DNA of 64,000 bases from Bdellovibrionales bacterium (GTDB taxonomy: Bacteria > Bdellovibrionota > Bdellovibrionia > Bdellovibrionales > UBA1609): assembly GCA_965116175.1 (NCBI GenBank), contig OZ220490.1:888570-952569 (forward strand), read 5' to 3'. The notes below the pieces were generated by a model that saw only the letters and a program-made list of their open reading frames with translations, did no database searches and was not told where the DNA came from. Below, piece by piece: positions 8,512 to 18,066 of the stretch (within the stretch, counting starts at the first letter, position 1; each line of letters starts with the position of its first letter). The position numbers and the translations under genes were made by a program.

Positions 8512-9303
8512 ATGAAAAATAAGCCAGTATTTGATAAATACTTTTGTTATAAAAAATCTGTCCAAAGCCCAAAAGAAGATATCAGGTTTTTTAAAAAAAT
8601 TTATAAAGGCTTTTTTAAAAAATCAGCCAGGATATTTCGTGAGGATTTTTGCGGGACTTTCTATGTTGGCTATCACTGGGTTAAAGATCATCCACAAAAT
8701 AAAGCCATTGTCATTGATAAAGACAAACAGCCGATTGAATATGGAAAAAAACACCACTTTACAAAACTCACAGCTTCAGAAAAAGCCCGCATTCATATCT
8801 TTAACAAAGATGTACTCAACAAAAATCTGCCTAAAGCTGAAATTATCAGTGTAAGTAATTTTTCTTATTTTATTTTTAAACAAAGGACTATGATGTTAAA
8901 ATATTTTAAAATTATAAAAAAATCCTTATTTAAAAAAGGATTATTCATTATTGATGTCGTTGGCGGACCAGACTGCCAGGGAGTCTCTGAAGAAATAGTG
9001 GAGCATGAAGATTTTAATTACTATTGGGATCAGGACAGCTTTGATCCTATAAATAATAGAGCTCGCTTTTATATTCACTTTAAAAGAAAAGGAGAAAAAA
9101 AACATAAAAAAGCTTTCTTTTATGATTGGAGATTATGGTCTATACCAGAATTAAAAGATACTTTAAAAGAAGCGGGGTTTTCTGATATTTATGTTTATTG
9201 GGAGCAATCGGATAAAAAAGGAGAAGGCACAGGGAATTTTAAAAAAAGCCTTAAAGGGGATATTTGTGATGTGTGGATTGCCTATCTGGTTTGCAAAGCT
9301 TAA
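8512..9303 (+). CDS. class I SAM-dependent methyltransferase-like protein
   Basis: Degenerate motif I (REDFCGTF), an acidic post-I (AIVIDKD) and a LFIIDVVGG strand. This is a weak by-eye assignment. Confidence 0.45.
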   Translation: MKNKPVFDKYFCYKKSVQSPKEDIRFFKKIYKGFFKKSARIFREDFCGTFYVGYHWVKDHPQNKAIVIDKDKQPIEYGKKHHFTKLTASEKARIHIFNKDVLNKNLPKAEIISVSNFSYFIFKQRTMMLKYFKIIKKSLFKKGLFIIDVVGGPDCQGVSEEIVEHEDFNYYWDQDSFDPINNRARFYIHFKRKGEKKHKKAFFYDWRLWSIPELKDTLKEAGFSDIYVYWEQSDKKGEGTGNFKKSLKGDICDVWIAYLVCKA

Positions 9304-9369
9304 TAAGTTTCCACTCCCAATAAAAAACACTAAAAACTTTTAAAGAATAATCCGAATAATTACTAAGCT

Positions 9370-10761
9370 ATGAAAATAAAATATATTTTTACCCTTGCTG
9401 TTTGTTTTTTTCTTGCTGCCTGTGTAATTACAACAAAAAATAGGTTTGGACAGAGAGGCTATGCCAGCTCTGGAAAAAAGACTCTCCCACAAAACAGACT
9501 TTTAGAAATGGGGCAGCCTACCTTTGTTCAAAACAAAAATAAGGATCTATCTATACAAAAACACATTCAAAGACAATGGGCCTTAAAAGACATTTCCATA
9601 TTAAAGGCTTTGGAAGTGTTGGACAAAAATAAAAATCATTGCAATTCCACCACAGCCATTAAGCCCTGTATTGTTGCTGTTGTAGACACAGGCATTCATC
9701 CAAGCCATCCCTGTTTAAAAAATAATCTTTGGACAAATAAAGGAGAGATACCAGGCAATAATAAAGATGATGATGGCAATGGATTTATAGATGATATTCA
9801 TGGCTGGAATTTTGTAGACAACAACAACAACATTCAAGATAATCATGGGCATGGCACTCATATTTCAGGAATTATCGCCGCTTCAGGGGAAACCCCTCAA
9901 TCACCAAATTGCAAAGTCCGTGGGGTAGCGCCTCATGTTCAGATCATGACGCTTAAATATTTTTCAGAGGGAAATGATAATGAAAATATTGAAAACACTG
10001 TCAAGGCTATAAAATATGCAGTGGATCATGGCGCAGACATTATCAACTATTCTGGTGGCGGACCAGGGGAAAACTTAAAGGAAAAAAGCGCCATTGCAAA
10101 AGCTGCTGATAAAAATATCATTTTTGTTGCCGCTCTTGGCAATGAGGGATCACAAATTGGAGAGAGTGGTTTCAACAAAAAACCGCAATATTACTACCCT
10201 GCAAGCTATGAACTCCCTAATATCATCTCGGTTCAAGCCAAGAATAAAGACAGTATTATCACATCCAGCAACCGTATAAAAATAGAAAGTTATGAAGACA
10301 GGGATAAAAAAGTGCAAACAGCTCCAGGTTATGAGGTTATATCAACCCTTCCTCCCAGAAAATATCTTCAATCCTATAAAGAAGAGGCAAACTCAAGACA
10401 TATAGCTTCATCAATGGATTGGAACAACAGTTATGGGCGAATGACGGGAACCTCCCAATCCACAGCTTTTGCAACAGGTGTGGCTGCTCTTGTTAAAACC
10501 AATCACCCCTCATGGAATATGGAGCTTGTTATCAATCAAGTGATAAGAACCGGCTTTGGCCAGGGAACGGATAAAATAAAAAAGACCACCAATCAAGGTA
10601 AAAAACTGGATGCCTATAAAGCCTTGACCATGAGGGATCAGAATGTAAACACATTGGTTGATGAGCCCATTTCCAATCCTAATGAACTGGAAAAAGATAC
10701 ACTTTTTGAATCCTTAAAAAACATAACCAACATATTTAAAAAAAAAGGCAAAGAAAAGTAA
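9370..10761 (+). CDS. subtilisin-like serine protease (peptidase S8), lipoprotein
   Basis: Catalytic triad motifs VAVVDTGI (Asp), HGHGTHISGIIAA (His) and GTSQSTAFATGVAAL (Ser). Lipobox FLAAC. Confidence 0.9.
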   Translation: MKIKYIFTLAVCFFLAACVITTKNRFGQRGYASSGKKTLPQNRLLEMGQPTFVQNKNKDLSIQKHIQRQWALKDISILKALEVLDKNKNHCNSTTAIKPCIVAVVDTGIHPSHPCLKNNLWTNKGEIPGNNKDDDGNGFIDDIHGWNFVDNNNNIQDNHGHGTHISGIIAASGETPQSPNCKVRGVAPHVQIMTLKYFSEGNDNENIENTVKAIKYAVDHGADIINYSGGGPGENLKEKSAIAKAADKNIIFVAALGNEGSQIGESGFNKKPQYYYPASYELPNIISVQAKNKDSIITSSNRIKIESYEDRDKKVQTAPGYEVISTLPPRKYLQSYKEEANSRHIASSMDWNNSYGRMTGTSQSTAFATGVAALVKTNHPSWNMELVINQVIRTGFGQGTDKIKKTTNQGKKLDAYKALTMRDQNVNTLVDEPISNPNELEKDTLFESLKNITNIFKKKGKEK

Positions 10762-10768
10762 AAGCCGC

Positions 10769-11587
10769 TTAAAGAATACTTCTTGTTCTAAACTTTATTG
10801 TTTTTGAAAAATCTGTTACCATCTCAAAGGCTTCAGATTCATTATTGGTTGGTATTATAAAACGCCCTAACAAAGTCAACTCTACACTGTAATTAGGCAT
10901 TCTTAAACGCGTTGGATCATCTGGATTAATAGCAGGAAAACCAGATAAAAAAATAGTTAAATTTTCAAGAGGATGTCTAGAAAAACTGTCATAATTTACT
11001 TCTGTGTCAGGAGGCACAATATAAAGAAAAGGAGGGCCATCACAATCAGCGCTGGAGACAGTCCCTTGATGTTGAATAGTCCTCCCTCTATAGGAAGCTT
11101 TTGCCCTATATTCCAATGTTTGAATGATCAAATAAACATTTTTTCCCTCTCCCTTATTGCCATTGCCAATATATAGTCCAAATTTCAACCAGCCATTGCC
11201 AACACTTTTCACGACAGGTTTTAACTCCTGATTTGGCTGCTCCTGTTGCTCCGACTCCTCACCAAACAAATAATCAAGAGCTGTTTTATTTAATTTTATA
11301 TGGGTGCTTTCAGACAAATATCTTCGGGCCTCAGAATTTCTAAAAGGATAGGGGCGGCAAATCTGATTCCCTCCTGAATAATGAATAATAGGCCGTCCAT
11401 GAGAGCGGACTACATTCCCACGGCTATAAGTGAGCAAACGGACTTCAATTTCACTTTCTAAAGTGGATCTTAACCCCTGCTTACAAGAGCTTAAAATCAA
11501 AAAGCAAAATCCAAAAAACAAAGCCCGGTTTATACATAAAACAAAAAGACAGCTTCTGCTTTGTCTACAAATTTTATTATATTTCAT
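10769..11587 (-). CDS. lipoprotein, unknown function
   Basis: Lipobox LILSSC. No family recognised. Lies immediately downstream of pilQ on the same strand. Confidence 0.45.
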   Translation of the reverse strand: MKYNKICRQSRSCLFVLCINRALFFGFCFLILSSCKQGLRSTLESEIEVRLLTYSRGNVVRSHGRPIIHYSGGNQICRPYPFRNSEARRYLSESTHIKLNKTALDYLFGEESEQQEQPNQELKPVVKSVGNGWLKFGLYIGNGNKGEGKNVYLIIQTLEYRAKASYRGRTIQHQGTVSSADCDGPPFLYIVPPDTEVNYDSFSRHPLENLTIFLSGFPAINPDDPTRLRMPNYSVELTLLGRFIIPTNNESEAFEMVTDFSKTIKFRTRSIL

Positions 11588-11611
11588 AATTTTTTATATA
11601 CACTTTTAAAT

Positions 11612-14074
11612 CTATTCATGGCTGTCTAAAAGATTAGGAGTAATAAAAACCAACAGCTCTGTATTCAATCGGCTTTTTGCAGTTGTCCCAAATAACAGGT
11701 TTAATAAAGGAATATCTCTTAAAAAAGGAATCCCATCATTAGCTTCTGTTTCCACCTGTTCGTAGATACCGCCAATGACAACGGTTTGGCCATTTTTTGT
11801 CAAAATCTCCGTTTTAGCTGTTCTGCTTAGTGTTAAGGCTCCACCTGCCGCGCCTCCTGCTCCAGGACCAGGATCTGTTCTTGTCACATCCACCTGTAAA
11901 AAAACACTGCCTGTTGTTGTAACTGTAGGAGTTATACTGAGACTGATTTCCACATTCAAAGGCTCAAACTGTTGAGTTGAACTCCCTGTATCTTGATTGA
12001 CAGTCGCTGTTTTAGCAATAAGAATAGGGGCGTTTCTTGTAATAGAGGCTTGTTTTCCACTAATAACAACCATTTTTGGACTGCTTATAACTTTAACAAG
12101 ATTATCTGTCTCAGCAAGATTTAAACTGGCCCCAACATCCCCTACGAGCGGCAAACCACGAAGTGTTAAAGAGGCCACACCTTCTTGGTCTTGGTTTTCA
12201 CCTTCATTACTAGAGCTTTGCGATCTATTAAAATTAGCTCCAAAACTTACATCTTCTATATTAGGATTACTGAACTCCTCTAATAAGCCATTGAAACTTA
12301 CAGGAAGATCACCCTCTAATGACCAGTTTAAACCAAAATTTCTTCCAAAACTTTCTGTTACTTCCACAATTTTTGCCTCAACCATAACCTGTTTAGGCGG
12401 CTTATCCAGGTATTGGACAAGGGATTCAATTTTTTTAATAACCTCTGGGGTATCTATAATAACAAATGTATTGCTTTCAGGATGAACTATGATCTTGCCT
12501 CCTTTAGTGAAATCACTGGCTGGAGTTGAAAAGTCTTTTACTTTAGCTTCAATTTCACTGATTTTTCCATAATTGATAGGAATAACTTTTGTTTCATAAG
12601 GAGCAAGACTTTTTTGTCTGTCTGCAATTTCTTTAAGTTTTTTTGTCCTCTCCTCTATTTTCTCCAAAGGGAGTATAGTGACAACATTTCCATCTCTTGT
12701 ATAACCCAAAGATTTCAACTTAAAAATTGTATACAAAGCCTGATCCCAGGGAACATCCTCCAGTTTTAAAGTCACATTGCCCGCAACAGATTCATCTATG
12801 GCTGTGTTTAAACCGCTTTCCTCTGAAATAAAACGAAGCACTTGTTTTACCGGCGCATCAATGACATGAATAGAAAGAGGCATCCCGGAAAACTCAATAT
12901 TTCCAAAATAAAGATCTTCTAATGTTCTAGCAGGGAGGATAGAGCTGGTATTGGATAGGTCATCAGAATCAATCCCCTGTTTTACAATTTTAGAATCAAT
13001 CACATCTCCATAACCAATTAAAATCTGATCTCCATTTTCTGTGAGAGTGGATTTAGGAAAAGTGGCCCCCTCTTTTAATTGAACAATGATTCTCACTGTA
13101 TTTGAATCTTTTTGATCAGCTTTAATTAAACCAAAATCTGTCTTAAAATCCCTTAATACATAAGGCCAATGCAAATTATCAGCCAGTTTTGCCTGTAGAA
13201 TTTCAATAATAAACTGATTTGTTTCTTCATTTGTTTTAAATTGATAAGAACTGGGTTCCGAACAATCTATAATGATTTGATCCTTTTCAGCTAAATAACG
13301 AATATTAGTTATAAGGTTCAAAGATTCTCCAGCTATGATGGAATCAACTCCATCGTCCTCTCCTTCATCAGCTATAGAATCAAGATCAGCATCTTCCAAC
13401 TCCTCATCAGCTATGACATCATCTGTAAATTCTTGTTCTATATCTTCATCAGCTATAGAATCAAGATCAGTATCTTCCAACTCCTCATCAGCTATAGAAT
13501 CAAGATCAGCATCTTCCAACTCCTCATCAGCTATAGAATCAAGATCAGCATCTTCCAACTCCTCATCAGCTATAGAATCAAGATCAACATCTTCCAACTC
13601 CTCATCAGCTATGACATCATCTGTAAATTCTTGTTCTATATCTTCATCACTAACCACTTCATAACCCGGTTTATCACTTATAATTTCATAGTCCTCATTA
13701 TTAAAATCACCTTCAACAAGTTTATCATTATCTCCCTCTTCCTCTTCAACATCCTCAGCAAACTCAGAATCCTCATCCTCTTCCTCTTCAACATCCTCAG
13801 CAAACTCAGAATCCTCGTCCTCCTCCTCTTCAACAATTTCAAAATCTTCTTCATCAAAATTACGATTCGCTCCCTCTTCTTCAAAAGTGTCAAAGTCATC
13901 CTCTAAATCCTCATCAACATCAGAACCTTCAATATCTGCTAAATCTGAATCATCAAATAAAGGTTCACTTTGAGCTAAAAATAAACCTTTTTTTAATTCA
14001 AATTCAGGCAGAGATAAAGAGAATGAACTGAAAAAAAATAAAAAAACTGAAAGGAGTAAAGTTAAAATTTTCAT
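11612..14074 (-). CDS. pilQ: type IV pilus secretin PilQ with a long acidic repeat-rich N-terminal extension
   Basis: The C-terminal secretin domain reads VISSPKMVVISGKQASI...GGIYE...GIPFLRDIPLLNLLFG. An AMIN-like region and secretin N-domains lie upstream. Follows pilMNOP. Confidence 0.9.
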   Translation of the reverse strand: MKILTLLLSVFLFFFSSFSLSLPEFELKKGLFLAQSEPLFDDSDLADIEGSDVDEDLEDDFDTFEEEGANRNFDEEDFEIVEEEEDEDSEFAEDVEEEEDEDSEFAEDVEEEEGDNDKLVEGDFNNEDYEIISDKPGYEVVSDEDIEQEFTDDVIADEELEDVDLDSIADEELEDADLDSIADEELEDADLDSIADEELEDTDLDSIADEDIEQEFTDDVIADEELEDADLDSIADEGEDDGVDSIIAGESLNLITNIRYLAEKDQIIIDCSEPSSYQFKTNEETNQFIIEILQAKLADNLHWPYVLRDFKTDFGLIKADQKDSNTVRIIVQLKEGATFPKSTLTENGDQILIGYGDVIDSKIVKQGIDSDDLSNTSSILPARTLEDLYFGNIEFSGMPLSIHVIDAPVKQVLRFISEESGLNTAIDESVAGNVTLKLEDVPWDQALYTIFKLKSLGYTRDGNVVTILPLEKIEERTKKLKEIADRQKSLAPYETKVIPINYGKISEIEAKVKDFSTPASDFTKGGKIIVHPESNTFVIIDTPEVIKKIESLVQYLDKPPKQVMVEAKIVEVTESFGRNFGLNWSLEGDLPVSFNGLLEEFSNPNIEDVSFGANFNRSQSSSNEGENQDQEGVASLTLRGLPLVGDVGASLNLAETDNLVKVISSPKMVVISGKQASITRNAPILIAKTATVNQDTGSSTQQFEPLNVEISLSITPTVTTTGSVFLQVDVTRTDPGPGAGGAAGGALTLSRTAKTEILTKNGQTVVIGGIYEQVETEANDGIPFLRDIPLLNLLFGTTAKSRLNTELLVFITPNLLDSHE
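13365..13650 (-). repeat. in-frame 39-nt tandem repeat (IADEELEDADLDS, about 5 copies) nested in a larger duplicated unit inside pilQ
   Basis: TCATCAGCTATAGAATCAAGATCAGCATCTTCCAACTCC is repeated with single-nt variants. The unit TCATCAGCTATGACATCATCTGTAAATTCTTGTTCTATATCTTCATC occurs near both 13402 and 13602. Confidence 0.85.
13736..13835 (-). repeat. in-frame 48-nt direct duplication (SEFAEDVEEEEDED x2) inside pilQ
   Basis: CTTCCTCTTCAACATCCTCAGCAAACTCAGAATCCTC(A/G)TCCT appears twice in tandem. Confidence 0.8.
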
Positions 14075-14288
14075 AGATGCCTTATTAAGTTTGCCGTGAT
14101 AATACCTAAATTACACTAAAGTAAATTGCATTATTGATCATTAATCACTTCAGTAAACTTAAGACAAGTAAATCATAATGTAAGCAATGATTTTTAACAA
14201 GGGGCTTAACAACTCATGTCAGAATATAATGTATAACACTCTTTATTTTTAAAATATAGAAACTATATCTATCTATAACAATCATACC

Positions 14289-14343
14289 AATTGTGTTTGA
14301 AAACTTAGTTTTTATAAAAAAACTCAAATGAAAGCAGATACAG
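14289..14343. repeat. REP-like imperfect palindrome ('empty' family member) in the pilP-pilQ spacer
   Basis: The left half is TTGTGTTTGAAAACTTAGTTTTTAT. The reverse complement of the right half is CTGTATCTGCTTTCATTTGAGTTTTTTTAT. Both resemble the outer repeat consensus CTGATTCTGTTTGAAATTTGAGG. Confidence 0.45.
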
Positions 14344-14378
14344 TTCAAATATAATCAAAATATGATGCAATAAGCCAA

Positions 14379-15410
14379 CTAAATAGAAAGACCTATTCTA
14401 TTCATTTTTTTAACTTTTATAGTTCTTTCCTCTTTTCTATCTCCGTCAGAATCAAGATAATTGACTTCTACAATAAAAACTCCATCCTCTGCAATTTTAA
14501 AAATTGTTCCTTTTTTGCCAATTTTATCTCCTGCTCTAAGTGTATAATGCCCTGCATTATTAGGTAATTCAAATAGAGCTTTTGGCACTTTTGTCCTCCA
14601 AGTAATTCCCTTTAATTTGATCTCACTCAGATCATACTCTTCTGGAGGAGTTTTAGGAACAATAACCACCCCTTCGCTTTTTTCAATGGTTGGATCTTCA
14701 AAAGGATCTTTTTGTTGTATAGACTCATAAATGAAAGGAGCCATATAAGATTGAACTTCTATACTGGCTTCTGAAGAATTTTTATCACTGGTAGTCTGAC
14801 CTGTAGTTGGGCTAGGGGAAGGAAGGGTTTTACCATAAGCGTCTCCCTCAAAATTTGTAGGAGCTGAAGGTAGATTCTCTTCAGTCCCAGGAGAGGCGAG
14901 CTGATCCTCTGCCGCGCCCTCTTCAACTTCAGGAGAGGCGAGCTGATCCTCTGCCGCGCCCTCTTCAACTTCAGGAGAGGCGAGCTGATCCTCTGCCGCG
15001 CCCTCTTCAACTTCAGGAGAGGCAAGCTGATCCTCTGCCGCGCCCTCTTCAACTTCAGGAGAGGCGAGCTGATCCTCTGCCGCATCTCCAGTATTTTCCA
15101 ACTTTTGAATATCAGAAAGTTCTTCTTGTGAAGGATGAGGATCCTTTTCGCTCTCAGGGGAAGGTTCTTGTATATTTCCTGAAATTTCACTTATCATGGT
15201 TTTTAAATTTTTATATATATCCTTAAAAATCTGCTTAGCTGTAATCTTCTCTTTTTCAGACGGATTTGAAGCTTCTTCAGAAAGCGCCGGAGTTAAAAAA
15301 TTCACAACAAGAATAAAAGCAAAAAGACAAGCAATCACTCCCGTAAAAAAATAAACAGTGTAAAAAACTGATTTTTTAAAAAAAGAGCTTGAACTTCTTT
15401 TATTAAACAT
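14379..15410 (-). CDS. pilP: PilP-like pilus assembly protein with an N-terminal TM segment and acidic tandem repeats
   Basis: Sits between pilO and pilQ. The C-terminal beta-rich domain (IKLKGITWRTKVPKALFELPNNAGHYTLRAGDKIGKKGTIFKIAEDGVFI) resembles PilP. Confidence 0.6.
   Translation of the reverse strand: MFNKRSSSSFFKKSVFYTVYFFTGVIACLFAFILVVNFLTPALSEEASNPSEKEKITAKQIFKDIYKNLKTMISEISGNIQEPSPESEKDPHPSQEELSDIQKLENTGDAAEDQLASPEVEEGAAEDQLASPEVEEGAAEDQLASPEVEEGAAEDQLASPEVEEGAAEDQLASPGTEENLPSAPTNFEGDAYGKTLPSPSPTTGQTTSDKNSSEASIEVQSYMAPFIYESIQQKDPFEDPTIEKSEGVVIVPKTPPEEYDLSEIKLKGITWRTKVPKALFELPNNAGHYTLRAGDKIGKKGTIFKIAEDGVFIVEVNYLDSDGDRKEERTIKVKKMNRIGLSI
14884..15084 (-). repeat. in-frame 42-nt tandem repeat (AAEDQLASPEVEEG, about 5 copies) in the pilP-like gene
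   Basis: CTTCAGGAGAGGCGAGCTGATCCTCTGCCGCGCCCTCTTCAA is repeated almost perfectly. Confidence 0.85.
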
Positions 15411-15563
15411 ATTTTTTGCCTCTCAAGGCTATAGACCTTTTAAAAATTTTATTTCAGGCTTATCTCTCATAAAAACTATTTTTAACTTTCTTAATTGTTC
15501 CATACACATAACTATTATTCTCAAAAAACTCCATCAAAAACTGCTTAAATTTTCAAATAACAT

Positions 15564-16163
15564 CTACTCTTCTGATGCCTTTGTGTTGACTTCCTCCTGT
15601 CGTGATCTTTTTTCATAACGGTAAGTATCAATCAGTAAATCAGCTTCTCTCAAACCTGTGTCTCCATCTATTCTCATATCTATGCTCCTTACCACAAACA
15701 TTCTTTTTTGACTAGTGAGTTTGGATAAAAACAAAAGAATTTGCGCAAAAGCTCCACTGACTGTCAACCGGACTGTTAAAGTATGATAATCAGAATCTTC
15801 TTTTTCTTCAACTTTTTGATCTTTCTTAACCTCAATATTAATTCCTGATGAGGTTGCCTCATTGATAAGCAATGAAGAAACTTCAGTAAATGTCAAAGAA
15901 CTGGGAATAAAATTTAAAAACTGTTTTACAACATCCTCTTCATTTAAGATCTCTCTTTCAAAACTTTTAACATTCTCAAGCTCTTCTTTTTTTGTATTTA
16001 TTTTTTCAGAAGTTTGTTCAATATTTGTTTGGACATCTGCTATAGAACTCCTTAAGGAACTGCCGTCATCATACCAGACAAAATAGTAAACACCCAATAA
16101 AAAACTGCCAAACACCAGAATCTGAACAACCGTAAAATGAGCTAGATCAGATAAAAATCGCAA
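15564..16163 (-). CDS. pilO: type IV pilus assembly protein PilO
   Basis: One N-terminal TM segment, a coiled coil and a ferredoxin-like C-terminus. Operon position is after pilN. Confidence 0.7.
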   Translation of the reverse strand: MRFLSDLAHFTVVQILVFGSFLLGVYYFVWYDDGSSLRSSIADVQTNIEQTSEKINTKKEELENVKSFEREILNEEDVVKQFLNFIPSSLTFTEVSSLLINEATSSGINIEVKKDQKVEEKEDSDYHTLTVRLTVSGAFAQILLFLSKLTSQKRMFVVRSIDMRIDGDTGLREADLLIDTYRYEKRSRQEEVNTKASEE

Positions 16164-16172
16164 TTTCTCCTC

Positions 16173-16832
16173 CTATATCACACCTTTTAAATGAAACTTA
16201 ACTTTAATAACGCTACCACCTTCTTTTATATCCTCTGTATCCACAGTGATAGAATTTTTATCCAAAACATCATGTAAGGAATTAGCAAAAGAGTTGACAT
16301 GAGCCTCATTAAAACTTTTGCCAGATATTTCCAGCTTTTGCCCCCGCTCTTCTGATAATTTCAACTTTAAACTTTCTAACCATACTGTTTTAGGTATTTT
16401 TCCCTGTATCAGATCAATTGTCCTGGGAATTATAAGACGGGATTCTGCAAGCTGTTTCAAAAATTCTTTTTTTTCTTTAAATTCCTCAGCTCTTTCTTGC
16501 AGGTAATCATAATTTTTAAGTTCATTTTCCAAAATTGCAAGCTCTTCATTTACAGTAGCCAATACCTTTTCTTTTTGCGCTTTTTCACTTTTAAGCTTGT
16601 TTTTTTGATTAATTTCATAAGCCTTTAAACCTATTGGAAAACAAAGAACAAGAATAATATTAATCATAACTTTTACCGCTAAAGTTGTATTTAAAGACAT
16701 TCTCTGGTCTTTAATATTCGTAAGAATTGTAGATACAGCTGTGGATAAAGAAGCGGCTAAGGGACTTAACTCTGTTTTTTGAGTCCTATAAACAGTAGAG
16801 CTTCTGGTTTTATTTAAGTTGACTTTAATCAT
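16173..16832 (-). CDS. pilN: type IV pilus assembly protein PilN
   Basis: Single TM segment and coiled coil. Its start overlaps the pilM stop by 4 nt. Operon position fits. Confidence 0.7.
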   Translation of the reverse strand: MIKVNLNKTRSSTVYRTQKTELSPLAASLSTAVSTILTNIKDQRMSLNTTLAVKVMINIILVLCFPIGLKAYEINQKNKLKSEKAQKEKVLATVNEELAILENELKNYDYLQERAEEFKEKKEFLKQLAESRLIIPRTIDLIQGKIPKTVWLESLKLKLSEERGQKLEISGKSFNEAHVNSFANSLHDVLDKNSITVDTEDIKEGGSVIKVKFHLKGVI

Positions 16833-17893
16833 GAAAGAGACCTCAAAGCTAAACCGGTAGCCACTGCCAAAAAGAGTTTAAACTCCTCCTGCTTTTCCTG
16901 TAAATTAGAACTCAATTTTATTCTTTGAAAAGGGTCAAATTTATTTATAGGGAATTCCAATTTTTGTTGTAAATGTGAAGCCAATCCAAAGGTTTTACTC
17001 CCTCCTCCAGTAATATAAGCCTGATGAACATCCCGCTCAAGGAAAAAACTACGATACAGCTCATAACAAGAAAAAATCTCCTCTGAAAAGGCTTCATTAA
17101 GTTCGGAATTGATAAGAGAAACAACCTCTTGAGGAGCGGCTTCACCCTCTTTACTGGCGCTTATCTTAAGCTCCTCCGCCTCCTGATAGCCAATATTCAT
17201 TTTTTTTTGTATCTCTTGATTAAAAAAATCTCCTCCTATAGGAAGGTTTCTTGCAAAAACAACTTGATTTTTAATTACAACTACAAGATTTGTTGATACA
17301 GATCCTATATCTAGAATCATATAATTTTTATCCTTATTTAAACTTTGATTGTATTCAAAAGAGTTGAACAAAGCGGCAAAATTTGTATCCAAAATATCAC
17401 AAGCCATAAAAGCCTTATCAATAACATTATTATAATTTTTTATCATTTGCTTTAAAACAGTGACAACAAGAAGAGACTGTGCTTCTGGCTTTTTAAAATT
17501 AACTCCCTTTAATATATCATAGTCCAGCTCCATCTCTTCTTTATTATAAAAGATTTCCTGTTCAGCCTCAATCTCCACAAATTCCGGAATCATACTCTCC
17601 TCCATTTGCGGTATATCAATTTTTTTTGCAATTACACCTTTCCCAGAAATACCAGCTATAACACTTATCTCAGATTCCAAATTCAATTCAGCTATACATT
17701 GAGTTAAAAAATCAGATAAAACATCTTTATCAAGAATAGCCCCCCCCTGAAAAGCCGCAGCAGGAGTGGGCTTTATAATGGCTGTATCAATAAGAGCCTT
17801 ACCTGTCTCAAATACTACAATTTTTGTATTCTGGCTTCCAATATCCAAAGCTATATATTGTTTTTTAGGTTTCCGGCCAAATAAAGCAGCCAT
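16829..17893 (-). CDS. pilM: type IV pilus assembly ATPase-like protein PilM
   Basis: Actin-like fold motifs (YIALDIGSQNTKIV, ILDIGSVSTNLVV, YITGGGSK). I prefer the MAALFGRKPKK start at 17893, which has GGAGG about 11 nt upstream, over the track start at 17959. Confidence 0.85.
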   Translation of the reverse strand: MAALFGRKPKKQYIALDIGSQNTKIVVFETGKALIDTAIIKPTPAAAFQGGAILDKDVLSDFLTQCIAELNLESEISVIAGISGKGVIAKKIDIPQMEESMIPEFVEIEAEQEIFYNKEEMELDYDILKGVNFKKPEAQSLLVVTVLKQMIKNYNNVIDKAFMACDILDTNFAALFNSFEYNQSLNKDKNYMILDIGSVSTNLVVVIKNQVVFARNLPIGGDFFNQEIQKKMNIGYQEAEELKISASKEGEAAPQEVVSLINSELNEAFSEEIFSCYELYRSFFLERDVHQAYITGGGSKTFGLASHLQQKLEFPINKFDPFQRIKLSSNLQEKQEEFKLFLAVATGLALRSLS

Positions 17894-18066
17894 ATATTTT
17901 GCCCCTCCTGCTGTATTATCATTAAATATGAAATACAGCTTTATTGTCAATTTTATCAAATAACTTACTTAATCCATTCAAATTTATATAATAAACACAC
18001 CCATTCCCTGAAAGCCTTAATCCTCTAAAAGAATTCTACAATCAATAGATTATAAAACAGAATTCA

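Noticed and set aside
11775-12485. Plus-strand ORFs of 66 and 162 aa inside pilQ. The same issue applies to 20655..21050, 52193..52576, 50993..51265 and other long antisense ORFs within conserved genes.
   Set aside because: They are antisense shadows of genes with strong family signatures. No motifs were seen.
13335-13906. Plus-strand ORFs (109 aa Ser-rich, 157 aa Ile/Phe-rich) and the 73-aa minus-strand alternative frame
   Set aside because: These are shadow frames of the acidic tandem repeats in pilQ. Their periodic low-complexity sequence simply mirrors the repeat.
14759-15190. 143-aa alternative-frame ORF (LLKLKRARQRIS repeats)
   Set aside because: It is an out-of-frame reading of the 42-nt repeat inside the PilP-like gene. 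The PilP frame has a TM anchor and a recognisable C-terminal domain.
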